Part shown: one piece after another, positions 1-14,710 of the stretch
Layout of the letters: each line of letters starts with the position of its first letter
How positions within the stretch are numbered: the stretch's first letter is position 1
From: Schmidtea polychroa
Taxonomy: Eukaryota
Reading direction: 5' to 3'
DNA length: 64,000 nucleotides
Assembly (NCBI GenBank): GCA_044892525.1
Contig: CM097885.1
Span: 11,906,001 to 11,970,000, forward strand
Notes under the pieces: generated by a model
What the model was told of the DNA's origin: nothing
The model's input: only the letters and a program-made list of their open reading frames with translations
The model's database searches: none
Position numbers and translations under genes: made by a program

Positions 1-101
1 TATTAGCCCCACAAAATTCAAATGCTTAATTTTATAAACGTTGTCCTTGGTGAGTAACAAGGCCGTCCTATCCAATATGCACACCAGGAACTGTGCTTAG
101 T

Positions 102-501
102 CATGGGCGTCCGCAACAATTCTATTTTTCTATTAATTTAAACACATTTTAATAGATGCGCTCAAACAATGTTGGAAAAACCCAAGACAAAAAAAAATTA
201 ATAAAAAAATATAATTTAAAGAGGCTTCCTGTTTTCTTTAATTGTTATTAACTATATCTGGAAATCAATGATTTAAAATCATTTTATTTTTATAAAAACT
301 TTCAATATTAACTGACTTTCTGGTTTAAAAAAAGTGTTCTATTTTGTACATAAACGAAAAAAAGTACCATTTTGTATAATGCCCCAAATATTTATTATAA
401 GCATGCATAATTTTTTCAACTCTCTTCCCCCCTAGAAAAATTGTCTACTTGGTAAAAAAATATTTTTGCTCCCCTTGGAAAAATTCCTGCGGACGTCCAT
501 G
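102..501. mobile_element. hAT-type MITE, 400 bp
   Basis: 14-bp TIRs CATGGGCGTCCGCA (102-115) / TGCGGACGTCCATG (488-501), 1 mismatch; perfect 8-bp TSD TGCTTAGT (94-101, 502-509). Confidence 0.9.
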
Positions 502-630
502 TGCTTAGTGCCTATATAATTCAAAAATAAGATATTGAAAAAGTAAATTAAGTAATTGAAAAATATAATGCTAACTTTGCGGATCTTTGCATATCTGCAT
601 AAATTATGATAAAGTTATATTTTTTCAAAA

Positions 631-762
631 TCACTTGACAATGGTAGTGCCGAAAATTCATGAAAAACATCGATATCTTTACTGATTCATAGTCAAATGT
701 TTTTAATAAATACAATGTCAATTGAAAAGAAATCAGTGGTGAAAACTGAAAAAAGTTCTTAT
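631..762 (+). repeat. Family A HHR-variant repeat, degenerate copy
   Basis: TCAC-TTGACAAT-GGTAGTGCC-GAAAATTC-ATGAA followed by the shared tail (ACATCGATAT...TACTGATTCATAGTCAA...AAATCAGTGGTGAAA...AAGTTCTTAT). Confidence 0.8.
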
Positions 763-996
763 AAATAAACTACTCGAATCTGTGTGCACACAATAATTTT
801 CCACACATCGAGTGGTTGAATTTTGATTGAATGAGTATATGGTGTCGAATTATCATTATTATTAAATTTTATCTGGATCCTTCGGATTGATTCCTCGTGT
901 CTTTTGTTTAATTTTGTGAAGTTTCGAATTCCTGTAATTCGAAAAATGTGTTTTTGATCGTTGGAGTTCAATTGTTTTGTGAATAATAATAATAAT

Positions 997-1614
997 ATTA
1001 CTGCCTGAACAATTGGCAATGAACCTTGTATGTGCAAAGTCGGATTCTCAGGCAATAAAGCTCCAAAAGCTTTATTACTGTCAATTATCTAAAGATTTCG
1101 TCATCAAGATCTCGTCATTGGGCAATTCGAGTTTCGTTTATTTGGCATTAATCATTTTGTTAATCATAACAAAAATAATTATTTTAGCTCTTCGGTTCAT
1201 AGAGAATTAATTATTTATCTGCCTTGCATCAAAGAAAAAACCATGAATTACATAAACATTGGCAGCCTAATTGATTGGATTCTCTGTAGAAAGATTCAAT
1301 ATAATTTCGGTTATATTGGAGATAGTCATATTTATATCAGTTGTTTGGCGGCTTTAGCAAACTCTCATTCAAAGTTTATTAATCTTCATTCTCAAGCTAA
1401 TGGACCTATGCGCAAGCAAAATTACCCCTCGTTCATCTCCACAACAAAAGGCTAACAGAAAATTACTCAAATCATTTTGAAACATTCAATGTTCAGATAT
1501 TGAAGCTGTTCTGTCGCTTTATGGTTCAGGAAGAACTACCGGCATTTTTTAGATTCTGGCGATGGTGTACCACACACAATATCAATTTATGAAGGTCATG
1601 TGTTGCTTCATGCT
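997..1614 (+). pseudogene. act: Actin pseudogene fragment 1, interrupted, with stops and frameshifts
   Basis: 1012-1125 translates IGNEPCMCKVGFSGNKAPKALLLSII*RFRHQDLVIGQ (actin [37 protein letters not shown]). About 1447-1614 gives KANR..TQI..ETFNV..IEAVLSLYGSGRTTGI..DSGDGVPHTISIYEGHVLLHA. Unrelated ~320 bp lies between. Confidence 0.9.
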
Positions 1615-1732
1615 ACACCCAAATCCGAAATTTAATAACCTCTATAATTCACGTTGGTGTGCACACCAGTTGAGGTGAGTCACCATTTACGTGAAAATGA
1701 AGTTATTAAATTTCATTTATTCAATTTATTAA

Positions 1733-2655
1733 AAATGGTTTTCAGGTAATTTTTTTAATTTCAAGTAACTTTTAAGACTTGAATTTTGATTTTATATAAT
1801 TATGAGATCATTATTCAAGTTCTTAAATATTACTGTTAGTCAGCATTTATAATATAACATTAATAATTAAATTTCAGGTGTTTATTAGGAATTATATGAT
1901 ATTTTATGCATTTATCTAGAATTATTTCGTTAAAATGTAAATTAGATATATTTTTAACTAAATAAATAAACTAATCACCGAATACATTTATTTTTATAAT
2001 GCAATCTTCCAAATTCTTGGTAATTGTCCCCATTTTCAAAGGCATTAATAAGCCGTATTTTGTTATTTTCTGTATATCTATGAAAATATTAATTTATTAA
2101 AATAATTTATTTAAATTTACGATTTGCGAATTTCTTTCTGTAAATCAAAAGATCTCGAAGGACCTTCAATATTTTAATGTTTTGTAATTTAATGAATAAA
2201 ACTTACATTGTATTTTCTTCTTTTTCTCTAAAGCTCAATGAAGAGCAGTTGGAATCTAAATTAAAAGTATTTTCTTGCATTTTTTAATAATTTAAAAATA
2301 ATGACAAAATTATCAATTAATCATCTTTATCAATTTATCATTTATCAATTTCTCATCATGAATTTATCTTGGAAATTTATTTTAGCCATTTTAGAAATGG
2401 CTTTCAGGTAAGATATTTAATTTTAAGTAATTTTTAAGCCTTGAATTTTGATCCATATAGATATGAGATCATTATTCAAGTTCTTAAATTTTACTTTTAG
2501 TCAACAATATAATTATAAATTATTTTTAATTAATTTTCAGGGTGTTTTTAGGAATTTTATGACATTTATTTTTAAGTATTTTGGAATTATTTCGAAAAAA
2601 AGTGAATCAGATATATTTTTAATTATAATTAGTTAAATAAATCAATCACCAAAAA
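1733..2655 (+). repeat. Diverged direct repeat, ~260 bp x2 (about 1733-1990 and 2395-2655)
   Basis: Collinear blocks AAATGG(T/C)TTTCAGGTAA...CTTGAATTTTGAT...TATGAGATCATTATTCAAGTTCTTAAAT...TTAGGAATT...AATCACC. Confidence 0.8.
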
Positions 2656-3688
2656 TATGTATATTTTTGAAACATTTTGGGAAAAATCTTCTAGTATGAA
2701 ATAAATAATTTTTTTTATTTTTGTAATTTTTTTTTCTGAGCTCTATATGAAGGGGCTTCTTTCAGGAAAGCAAATCTGGATTGAAATGAAATTGAACCAA
2801 ATTCATCTGCTCTTGAAAAATTCATTAAAAATATATTTTTAAAAATTTTCAGCGATCTATTTTTTTCTAAAAATTGTCTAAAATAGTATTATTATAGAAA
2901 CGTATCTCATCGGTGCATTTCGATGAATCAAAAGTTTGTATGTGTTTTTTAGTATGTGTTGTGTTTGTGTGCAGTTTTTAATTTTTCTTAGACTTTTCAG
3001 ATTTCTATAGTATAAGCTGTATCTGACTGCACTCTAAATGAGAACATCAACGTGAAATCAAAGTAAGTATGCATGTTTCTATAATATAAGAATTTGTTAT
3101 TGATTTTTTTGTTATATTATAGGAAACGGTTCTCAGTGGCGTTTGGTGTAGATATGACGAGGAGAGATGTGACAGATTATTTGACAAAAATTAAACACAT
3201 ACATACACACATATAATAAATATTTGTATAAACTACGATAAAATTATACTTTCCTTGAAGCATCTGTACCCCTTCCCTGGGAAAAGCACACCTTTCCGAT
3301 TAAGAACTCCTGCTCTAATGTTGAGTTGATTGCATATACTATTTTATTAATAATATACCCAAGCCTATTTGAAAATATATTTGAAACAATTTTATTTAGA
3401 AAATATTTAACATATACATGCATGGGGAATCAAAAATTTAGCATTGTCACTGTCATAAAGAATAACTAATCTTTTTAATTCTGCTTAGCTCCGAGTTACA
3501 TATACACAATACAAGTGTACAACATTACAGTTTGATATTCCGCATTCATTTTTGACACAACCATTTAGAAAAGTACATCTTGTTGATTTTGTTTTTGTGA
3601 AGTTTTATGCCAATCGTATTTCAATTTCGTTTGAAGCTTTAACCACTATAAGCAGGTATGTTCTCAGCTTCCATTATTGGCTATTAAA

Positions 3689-3726
<38 letters not shown>

Positions 3727-5587
3727 TTTAGTGGATTTTATGAAATGGTCCCTAAATTGTCATACGTGAAACATTTCAAAAATTAAATGAAGTCCCACGA
3801 AAATTATGAAATAAATTTTTCTCAAAAACCTTATCTGAATCGGCGGCGAAATTATTCTTCCACACTCAGAAATGATCTTGAGCTTAACAGGGTTAAAGGA
3901 GATTTTATTTATTTGCTTTTTTCTGAAATTTACAAATGATTCTCGTTTAATTTAATACAAATCGCAAATCTCACTCATACTTTTTATTTTAAAATAATTT
4001 CTCTCTAAACATCTTTTGAATAAATAACTAAATAAACATTTAATTTATGCATTAAAACAACAAGGAAAAATTAAAAAATTATATTTGTAAAGTAAAAATT
4101 ATTTACTATCACCAAAGAACATTCCAACAATTGAAGTTTTGGTTTCAATAATGAACTTTCTACAATTTATTTTTTAATTGAATAAAACAAATAAATATTC
4201 AGATTGAAATTGAATTTTCTAAGATAATCGAATAATCAATCTTTTGTTTTCTTTCGAAATTGTTTAATTAGATTATTGATTTATTTATAATTGAATAATT
4301 TATCAACAAACAAAACATTTTTTGTAAAACTTTAGGATCAACAAAAATCTGCTTTTTAATAAGGAAATAATCAATTAATAATAAATATTCATCATTTATC
4401 CAATGAATAATTATAAAATTTTAAATTAATAATTTAATTGCTAATATTATTTATAAATAAAATTAATAAATATAATAATAAACAAAAAAGTTATTAAATT
4501 AAATCCATTTCAAAGTTTTGCATATAATAATGTTTTATTGACAATCTAATATTATAGTGATAATTAAAACAAATAAACATAATAAAGAAATATAAATTAA
4601 TAACCTGCAGTAATTAATATGTATTACATAGCCTAATCAGTAGGGGTTGAGAGGCTCAATAATTAGAAGAAATTAATGTACACAAACTAAATAGGAATTA
4701 TTTTTCGATTTAGACTAAAAAAGAATTTTTTTTCATTCTAAAAAATTTGTTTATTTCCTATATATTTTTATATATTTATTTTTATCACTTTAAGTTTGTC
4801 AGAAACCATGTTACCATAAACGAAAAAGGGCAACACCTAAGGGAAAACTACGACGATCCCCATCGACAATATTATATAATATCCGTGTATACTCTTCTTG
4901 ATTTACAATGTATGTATTGGGTTTGTATTTTTTCCTATCACCATAATATTACTATAGACTCTTCTTGATTTACAATTTATGAATGGCATTATTCGCTTTT
5001 TTCATATTCCCATATAGTTTTTTTATCAAAAATTATGACTCAAGTTGAAAAAGTATATATAATTTATAGCCTCGAGTTTTGCTAAGAACAACTTAGTTTT
5101 ACTACCTAATGACCAAAAATATTAAAAAAGAAATCTTTTGTTAAAACCAATTTTATTATAATAATCACACTAGATATTCTAAACTTTATCTAATAAATCT
5201 TTGGTTATTATAAATTGATTCAGTCATGTAATCATTTTCTGATAATCTAATCACAGAACATGCAGTCAATGGATACGTCAAGTTCAAATCAACAATTACA
5301 CTCGGATTATGGAAACTGCATCATCGCAATTAAATATCCAAACAACCCGAAATGAGGAGAGTCGTATTCAATGAAATGCAATGCCATTCCTAAATTCACA
5401 AATACCGGATAAACTTTGTACAAAGATGTGGAATTCAATAAATATATTTTACCTATCAGCATTATGTCCTACACTCCTTCATATCAATTCAATTTACCGT
5501 TTGGCGATGAGTTTGAATTTAGAAAATCTCTAAAGACTCAATGCAATGGTTGTAAAATGTTGACATTAATTATGTCAAGTTCTTTAA

Positions 5588-5813
5588 CCACTTGCCGGGC
5601 TATTTTTTTTTCATGTTTTCAGTCAAAAAACACTATTTTTTTTAAATCATTAATTAATAGTATATAATCAAAATATAACGTAAATATATTTTTTTAATTT
5701 TCCTAGTTTGTATTCACTATTTTTTCTATATGAGTTTGCGCTCACATGTGAGCGCTCGCCCGAAATGGTAGACACTTTTTGCACACATATTTGAGCGCGC
5801 GCCCGGCAAGTGG
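5588..5813. mobile_element. piggyBac-type MITE, 226 bp
   Basis: Perfect 13-bp TIR CCACTTGCCGGGC / GCCCGGCAAGTGG with TTAA on both sides (5584-87, 5814-17); subterminal repeats near the right end. Confidence 0.9.
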
Positions 5814-6249
5814 TTAATAATAAATATATTATTGTCAACATGGACATTTACATCTATAAAATAATAAGACATTTTTTTTTAAAAACATTTTTCTAAACGA
5901 TTATAACATCAACTTTGACAAATAATATTGTCCAAAAGTTGTTGTAAATGATTGCTTATATTTAATTTTGTTGTATAAAATAGGCATTGTCGTTCTTGAT
6001 AATTATGTCATTAATATAGATAGTGGAGACACATGATCGTAAACATCAATTTTTAGAGTTCCCATGTTCTTCACCAAGATGGGATAGAGTATTAACAATT
6101 ATGGCTTTATTAAAATTCATATATAAAATTTTATCTTTACATTCAAACTCTAACTCAAGTAGATTTCTTCAAATTCGATAAATCTGAATAAAAGTAGCAT
6201 AACATTTTGATAGTTAAATAAAAGAACAATGCTTCATGACAAGTTATGT

Positions 6250-6945
6250 CGGCACATAAACACATTTATACTAGTCCAGATAACCAATATTTCTTATAAG
6301 TGATTGCATTTATGTTGCACAATAATTGTCATTTTTGAAATCCTGAATATATGTTTCTTGATAGTCAATACAATGTGATAAAGATAGCGAGGTAACATTA
6401 AAATGTTTAAATGTTAAGCTTCAATCAAATCAGTGCATCCAATATCCCAGTTATGAGACATGAAACAACTTTATTGTTTTTCACAATCTCTAACAGCCTT
6501 TAATTTTTTTCCATTGTTTTTTGAAGTCTCTCATTATTTGTAATATTTCCCTCCAACCTAGCTTCTATTTCTCATATAAATTAATTAGATCCTTCCTCTT
6601 AATTTGTTTAATATAGCTTAATTCAATTCCACATATTATGCATGGAATAGCTTTTTAACTATTATAACAGTTATTTTTCTTTCCACATTGTTAATTCTAA
6701 CAATAACATATGTTTTTCCGATTGTCTCTAATTTACTATTATTTGCACATTTTAACATCTCATCTATTTTAAAATATTTGGTCATATTTTCTTGTAGTTG
6801 AGGGTTCACTATTTGATGCGAAAATGAAACCGTAAGGGTCTTATGATTACTTTCTACCAAATAATGTCAATTACGCCTCCATCCGGTTATTTTTCCTAGA
6901 TTCCCTGTTTCAAATTTACTGAATTCACACAATTTCGCCATCTTG
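6250..6945 (-). mobile_element. Decayed Ty3/gypsy pol remnant (protease to start of RT)
   Basis: ORF 6636-6860 LKCANNSKLETIGKTYVIVRINNVERKITVIIVKKL resembles retropepsin; downstream NWDIGCTDLIE is typical of the gypsy pre-RT region. Confidence 0.6.
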
Positions 6946-8831
6946 TTTTATTACATTTTATAAAAACTTTTCCTAGCAATAATTATAAAATTTAATTTTC
7001 ATCAATTCTCATAAAAACAACATTAAACAAATTATGAAACAAAATAAGTCAAAAGTTTTTGTCTTTGACAAAATCTCTGTCATTTCTGACAGATTGGATT
7101 ATTATTTATCATATGTTTAAGATATTTTTTGTAATTTTAATTTTTAAAATTAATAAATATTTATGTTTTTATTTTTACAATTTTTTGTTTTAATTCTTTT
7201 AAGATTAGGGATTGAGTTTAGGTCCGAAAATATACCTAATACAATGTCAATTGAAAAGAAATCAGTGATGAAATTTGAAAAAAGTTCTTTTATTACTAAT
7301 ACAAAAAGACATACGAAGTACAAACATTTTCTTTCTAAAAAATATTAATTAAAGTTATAAGCGTGAGTTAGTGTAAAGGAAAGAATGTAAACATTTTCAT
7401 TCAGGATTTTATATAAAATGGAAAACTTTAAAATTTTAAATGCTTCAGAAATGGAAGAGCCGATAGTTTGAAGGGGACATTTAACAAATGAACACAGATA
7501 TTGAAATAACAACCAATTATTCGTATCACTTCTTTACCATTGTTGAGGTTACACAAACATGCATAAAATAAATAAAAATGAAAATTCTTTGAAATTACCT
7601 ATATGATATATATGATATATATATATCCAATTAAATTAAAAATTAATATTTTTCTGGGGGGAGTGATTACCAGTGACAATTTAAAAGTTGAAGGCGATTA
7701 AAATAAATTTAAAATGATAAGAGGTTCCTAAGAGATGCTACAACGAAAAAAACAAATTAATTGATTTATTAATTAATGTAATTTATTATTCAAGAAAAAC
7801 CCACGAATCATTGAAAATATTCTTAGTTGACAAGTTGAATTGTTACATAAATTATTTTAGAGGGGATTGCTCTAGTAGTCCATCCCAATTATAAGTGAAA
7901 ACTACTGTGAAAGACTTGTGTTTTCTTTTGTTGGGTTTTTCTACTAAAAACGAAACGCGAGATTTTGGACAGATTTCTGCTGAAACTTTCTTAATATCAC
8001 AACACCATAAAGGACAAAAAATTCTATGATTTTTATCAAATTTAGCTTCTTTACATTGGATAAGTTATTGAAATGTGGATAAAGTAGGCACAATATACAC
8101 CCAGACAAATCTTAGGATAAAAATAAGTAAAAAATGAAATGGTCAATATCATGAAAAGGATTCAAGAATAAAGTTACCAATCTAGAAATAATGAATTCAA
8201 CAGTTGATATTAAGCTGGAAAAAATATCAAGGTTGTCTGAAAAGTAAGATTCAAATTTTGAACATAAAAAAGTAAGAGTTTGACTATAGGTATCAAAAAA
8301 GAGAAAATGGTCATTTTCCATTTAATAAAATAACTTTTCTATTTTATTAATTTTATTTTATTACAACATTATGAAATTAATGAACGAGGATTTAATTTTG
8401 TTTATTGAAATTACAAAATTACAAAATTACAAAATTAAATTTTATTCTGCATTTTGAGTTTGATTAAGATTATTTTGTTTGAATAATTTAAATGAAAAAT
8501 TGTCTTGAATTTTAAAAATAGAAATGAAAATAAATATGATTACCAAAATGAATAATGCAACAGTAAAAATGAATTAAATTTGTGATATTAATAATTTAAT
8601 TTATTTTCATTATGACAACAGATCAAAAATTTATTTTCTAAGAAACAGAAATTTTCATCACTGACCTTATCAAGTGTTATAACAGTTGATAAGGGGAGTG
8701 TCGAAAATGTGAAAATAAATGAGAAATAAAAACAGATAAAAGGTGAACAAAATAAAATTCATTTGCAAATAAAAAAGGGGAAATAATTTTGTAAGCCTGA
8801 AGCCGCATTTTTTACACAAATAATAACTATC

Positions 8832-8864
<33 letters not shown>

Positions 8865-8869
<5 letters not shown>

Positions 8870-9007
8870 TTGAAGACTACGAATCAGTAAATATATCGAT
8901 GTTTTTGATATACACGAATTTTCGGCAGTGCCTTTTTCAAGCGAATATCAAAAACATCGATATGTTTACTGATTCGTAGTCTTTAAGTTTTTTAATAAAT
9001 GCAATGA
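8865..9007 (-). repeat. Family A fold-back palindrome with HHR-variant core at ~8913-8944 (minus), between (TA)n tracts
   Basis: Arms GACTACGAATCAGTAAATATATCGATGTTTTTGATAT / ATATCAAAAACATCGATATGTTTACTGATTCGTAGTC enclose a core reading CGC-TTGAAAAA-GGCACTGCC-GAAAATTC-GTG on the minus strand. Confidence 0.85.
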
Positions 9008-10056
9008 AAAAGAAATATATATATATATATATATAATATATGATTTGTGGCACAGCTGAATCTGCTACATGCGGAGCTGTATGATAACAGTTTTTACAAT
9101 TTATACAATACAGCGAACAATACAATAAAATCTGATAAAATAGGTGAAATAAAATGTTATTAAATTTAAACATTTTACTAAAAAATAAATTAATTACCAT
9201 ATTAATAAGTTTGCAATTAATTACAAATTAAATATTAATAATTATCTAATTTATTTAATAATTACAATTTACAAAAATTATCATTTTTCTAATTCACAAT
9301 GCATTAAAAATTGTGAATTGGGAATTTAACAGCAATAAAAATGAATTTTATATGAAGAGAAATCTTCAAACGTCATAAAATAATAGAATATGCAATCGAA
9401 ATACAGTTAAAATCGGAGGAAAAAAGCAGAATTAAATGAGATATTTATGGGTAAAAGGTTTTAATCAATTTTTTTATGAAAGAAAGATTAAGAAATAAAA
9501 AATGAAAATAAATCTAAATTAGAGTGCAATTTATTTTATATAATAGGCTAAGGAGGAAATGTTATTGTAAACCGATTGTTTCCTTTTATTAAGAGTAAAG
9601 CTTTTAAATGCTTTAACATGATTCTATGAGATGTTATGAAATTTTAAAATTTACAATTTTGAACGTTTTATTCGTTTAAGTCTATAAATTATAATTTTTT
9701 GTAATATTTTGACAAACTGTTTTTTTTACATTTTTTGTACATTTAAAAAAATTAATTTTGATAATTTGTAAAATCTTATTTAAAATCGCATATGGATAAT
9801 AATTCCTCTGATAATATCTGTATTATAAATAGTCACTACAATTATAGGAAACACAAAACTTACTTGTGTGTTGAAAACTTTACTTGAGTAATTGTATTTT
9901 ATTATACGTGGTATAAAATCGAGTGTCTTTAAAATCTTTTAACTTATTCACCTCTGATATTTTATTTACGATAACTTTTAAATTAAAACACAAATATTAA
10001 AGGTTAAAATAAAGAAATTATAAAATAGGGTAAAAAATCATCAAAATATATTAATA

Positions 10057-10453
10057 CACCAATCCCCCGCTTTACGAAACTCTTTACGAAATTTCGCTAG
10101 AACGTAATTTAGAAAAAATTTAGTCTTTGTTTACGTAAAAAAATTCGATTTACAAATTTTTGTTAAAATTTATTAATTTAATTAAATACTTAATGTTCCT
10201 TGAATTATTTATGTAATAGAAATATTTTTTTTGTTATGAGTAAATAAAATACACACATATTATTTCTTTTGAATTATGAATGTTTTCTTCAATAATATGA
10301 ATTGATTCAATTTTTTAATTTATAAATTACCGTTTTTAATCAGAATTCTTGGTTTATATCACTGATAATTTAAAATAAAAATTCGCTTAACAAAATTTCG
10401 ATTTACGTTCATTTTTTTGGGAACGAATTAAGTCGTTAAGCGAGGGATTGTTG
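10057..10453. mobile_element. Tc1/mariner (pogo/Tigger-like) MITE
   Basis: TA|CACCAATCCCCCGCTTTACGA ... TCGTTAAGCGAGGGATTGTTG|TA; imperfect ~21-bp TIRs with TA TSD. Confidence 0.8.
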
Positions 10454-11033
10454 TAAAACAGACAGTAAAAATTGAAACAGACTTCTGTTAGGAACTCACC
10501 ATTTATATAATAAATGATAATAATAATTTAATAATAATGAAAATAAAATTTAATGGTTTATGATTTTCGAATGACTAACTAATCAAAATCATGTTATAAA
10601 GTAATATTCACTGTGATTATTAATAGAAGACTAATTTACAATTAATTTGTTTCTTATCAATACTATGTAAGAAGCTCGATCTATTCTGAGATCAAAACCA
10701 AAAACTTTGTGATCATAATCCAGAATCTGACACTCCCCCACCATCACAATTTCTGTACCACACTTATCATATGTATATGAATACATTTAAAATCTTAAAG
10801 ACTGCGTTGAAACAGCCAAAACTTAATTTTATTCTGTTAGTCCTCCAAAAATATAAGTGTTTGATAAAAGTGCATTTGATAAAAGAGGTACAACATTAAT
10901 GATATTTAATGCGGCTTGAATGAAAAGTGACAAATATCTGGGTTTTGGTAACAAAATTGATAGGTTCACTCCTTGAAAATAATAAAAATAAAATATTTTT
11001 TACTACTATTATTATTTTTATCGTATTTATAAA

Positions 11034-11540
11034 CAGGGGCGGCTCAAGAAATTTTGTCCAAGCCTAGCGCCCTAGGCGAATTTTTATGAAGCGCCTACCT
11101 TAAAGAATGCCAACTGAAACATTATGTTTTAATAATTTAAATTTCTTAATTCAACGAGTAGGTATTTCATAATAAATTTTATATTGAGTGATATAAAAAA
11201 TTTGTCGATTTCAAAATATAATAATATATGCAGTTTCAAAATACATAAATAATAGTACAAAATAATATAGGAGTGACAATTGTGAAAGAGAAAAATTAAA
11301 GATATCAATAATTTTCATTAAAAATTCACTTTTCTTGCTTTCATTTTTGCAAAAAAAAATTAGCGCTTACGATTCTCACAACGTTTTCTCGCCAGTAAAA
11401 TTTAGTATTTACTAAGCTTATCTGTTTAATAATGTAAGAATATTAGATGCAATTTGTTAGTAAATAATTTTTTTATATATTCGAGAAATAAATTAGAAAA
11501 ATATTTTTGCGCCCTAGGCGGCCGCCTAATTTGCCTATGT
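11034..11540. mobile_element. Truncated hAT-derived non-autonomous element
   Basis: Starts CAGGGGCGGCTCAAG; GCGCCCTAGGCG subterminal motif at both ends; minus-strand FAKMKARK hAT C-terminal remnant. Right TIR not seen. Confidence 0.55.
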
Positions 11541-12359
11541 AATTTTAAATGCAATTTTAAAAATGTAAAATTACAAATTTGGACACTATACAACTGTAAA
11601 AACACTTATTTTCCAATAAATGAAAAAAAATATTTTTAAAAATTTTTCTAATTAAAATAAAATGGTAAACAAAGAAAACTATTTCAATAAAAAAATTTAA
11701 TTTCTAAAATCAAATGAAATGAGACAGATTTTTGATTAGTTATTGATTTTCAATGGAAATTGGCAGGAAAAATCCAAATAAGAATACATTATTTTTTAAA
11801 ATTTTACAACTGAAAAACATTTTTTCACTAAATAATAATCATAATAATAAATAAATATACTGTGATAATTTAATTGTTGTAAGATAATATTTTAGAAGAC
11901 CAAGTAAAGACCTCCTCCCTCATAACAACTCATTTTACACCATATAACAATCATTCTATTTTATATGTCTTCTATACCATTATTTTATGTTTTATTTTTC
12001 ACAATATATCTCATTTATGAAAGATGTTATTTGAGTCCATTCAATCATTCACCATCATCGGATGCCACTACAAACTTTAATTGTGTTTATACGTACTTAG
12101 TGATATAGGTGTGATATGAGTGACTAATATTAATGATTTTCAATGAAAATTTATAAGAAAAATTTGAATTAGAATATATAAATTTTTTTAAAACTCTATA
12201 ACTGCAAAATATTTTATTAAGTAAATAATAATAATAAGAATAATAATAATTATCACAAATAAATACATAAATAAATAATATGATTTATTTCAGATAATAT
12301 TTTCAAAATAAAAACCCCACTATCGTGATAACTCATTTCAAATCATCTAAAGATGATTC

Positions 12360-14285
12360 TGTTGGGTTATTATATAACAAGTCGGTTAGTTTCTGACTCA
12401 TCGTGTACTTTATTATTGCAATCAAATAACTTAAACCCAACACAAAACACTTTATTCAATTTTTATCACAATTACAACTTTTCGCTGTATTTACTTTTTC
12501 TCTCTAAATAATTTACAATGTAGGTTGCCCAATGAGTAATCAACTTTTCTATTAAGATAATTTGTAATTTTCTTTAATTTCACTTAAATTTTAAATCTTT
12601 CGTTTCTCTTGGAGCTTCGCAAACCTTCACAAATTCTTTATTGCTTTATTAGACAAACTGGCAATTCTCGTCTTATACTCTGTCTTTCAAAACAATTTAA
12701 TTGATATCCAACAATTATTCCCTCGCTTCGGGTCTAATTGCCGAAGGGGTTTTCCATTGCTACAATGGGTCACAGGTTTTTTTCAAAATCACAACATAGT
12801 GATGGGGTATTTAAAGTCTTTAGAATTGTTTTACACATAATTCAGCCCTCGTTAAAAAGGTCAAAAAATATTGCAAATCAAAATAAATTAGATTCATTCT
12901 CTCGCTAAAAAAGTCTAAGTATTTTTTATACTATTTTTTATACAATAATATTTTGTACTAGAATAGGTTCTCGTTAAAAAACTATATGCATTTTTTAGGT
13001 TTCAAGGTAAGGTATTTTGAAAAATCAAGGTCTTATGAGAAATAAAAGTAATAATTAAAAAATAAGTAAATTAAAGTAATAACTTAAAATATATGGAACA
13101 ATTTTTTGAAGAATAGATATCTTATGAGAAACTATGGTAATAATTTAAATTAATTAAAGTATTAATTTTTAAATAAGTAAAGTAATATTTTAAAATTAAG
13201 TAAACAAGTAAATTAAAATAATAATTAAAACTAATGTAAGATAATTTTTTAAGAATCAACGTCCACTGAGAATTTAATAAATAAAATTAAATAAATTTTT
13301 AATGCAAACTAATAAAAAGTATACATTCATAAATTAAAATAGAGAAAATTAATAATATTAAAAATTTAAATGATTCAAAACATAGTAAATAAATATCATA
13401 AAAATGTAATTAATGGAAAAGAAAGAACTTTAAATTCTAGTTCAATAAATATTTATCTTAAATACTGATCATTGAAGTTATTAATTAATTTAAATATGAA
13501 TCATCAAATATCTTCCTTCAAGTTAATAATAATTTTCTAATAAAATCTAGTAAATAATTTATTTAAATTGAATAAATTAATTGAAATAAATAAATTTTAA
13601 ACTTATCACATGTATTTGATTGATTGATTGCTCAAATTATTCATAAAATTCACTATAAATTCATTTAAAAATTATCAAAGTCATCAATCTATGTTAGAAA
13701 TATTTTAATAATTATCATAAAATTTCAAGGGAGACTGAAAATTAATACATTATTACATTATTACAAATAAACCAGTAAATTAATTTAAATATCTATATTC
13801 TATCTTTTGTTATATCCAAGTGAATAAATGATTCCCACTAAAATCGTCTAAAAAGCATCAAATTTCCTTACAATATCTGTCCGTTTTTAAAGATTTGTAT
13901 TTTAGCGATAAGTATCTGTAAAATATTTCCCTTCTTAATATCAAACCAATAATATTCATTATAATTCCTTTAAATACCTATATCTCTCTATTCTACTCCC
14001 TTTAACTTTGATCTTAATTCCTATTATCTAAATATCACAAATATTTCACTATTAAACTTCTAAAATCAACTAAATAAAATTAGTCATTAACCCTAAATAA
14101 TTTATAAAATCTATTGATAAAACTAGTTATAGTTAAAAATAATTAAATCTTTTTTCTAAACCACATTATTCTAAAACTTTAAAAATGACATTTAAAGATT
14201 TTATATTACTGTAGAATTCACTTTTATTCACTAGTACAATTCACTAGATCCATTAAAAGATTAAAATTTTAACCTTACCCCGGCA
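12360..14285 (-). mobile_element. Large solo LTR (~1.9 kb) inserted into a local tandem duplication
   Basis: TG...CA termini (TGTTGGGTTATT ... CCCCGGCA) and 4-bp TSD ATTC (12356-59, 14286-89). Removing it restores the second copy of the 11740-12030 repeat. Its left end is the reverse complement of 33820-33905. Confidence 0.75.
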
Positions 14286-14710
14286 ATTCTATTTTATAAA
14301 ATTCTATTTTGTTTTATTATACATAATATATCTCATTTATAAAAAATGTCATATTACATAAATATGAAATATATGTTTGATAAGAAAATCATTTGAAGTG
14401 TATATAAACTTATTTTGGACGAAGAACTTTATAAAATAAACCAAAACCTTTACATGAAGTGAAATCTTTATTTATTAAATAAATTAAGAGTAAAGAAATG
14501 CAATATTATTTTTAATGTGTAATGTTATTTTTTTGGTTTTTTCTATTTTTTACGCTTTTATATAGAATTCAGAAAATGATTGCATTTATCTACCACTTGA
14601 CATATTTTATTAAAACGTTAATTTTAAACAAAATGACCGACATGAGTATTGCACAATAATTTTGTTTAATTTTGACTGGAAAGGTAAAAATAAAATATAA
14701 AAAATAAGTA

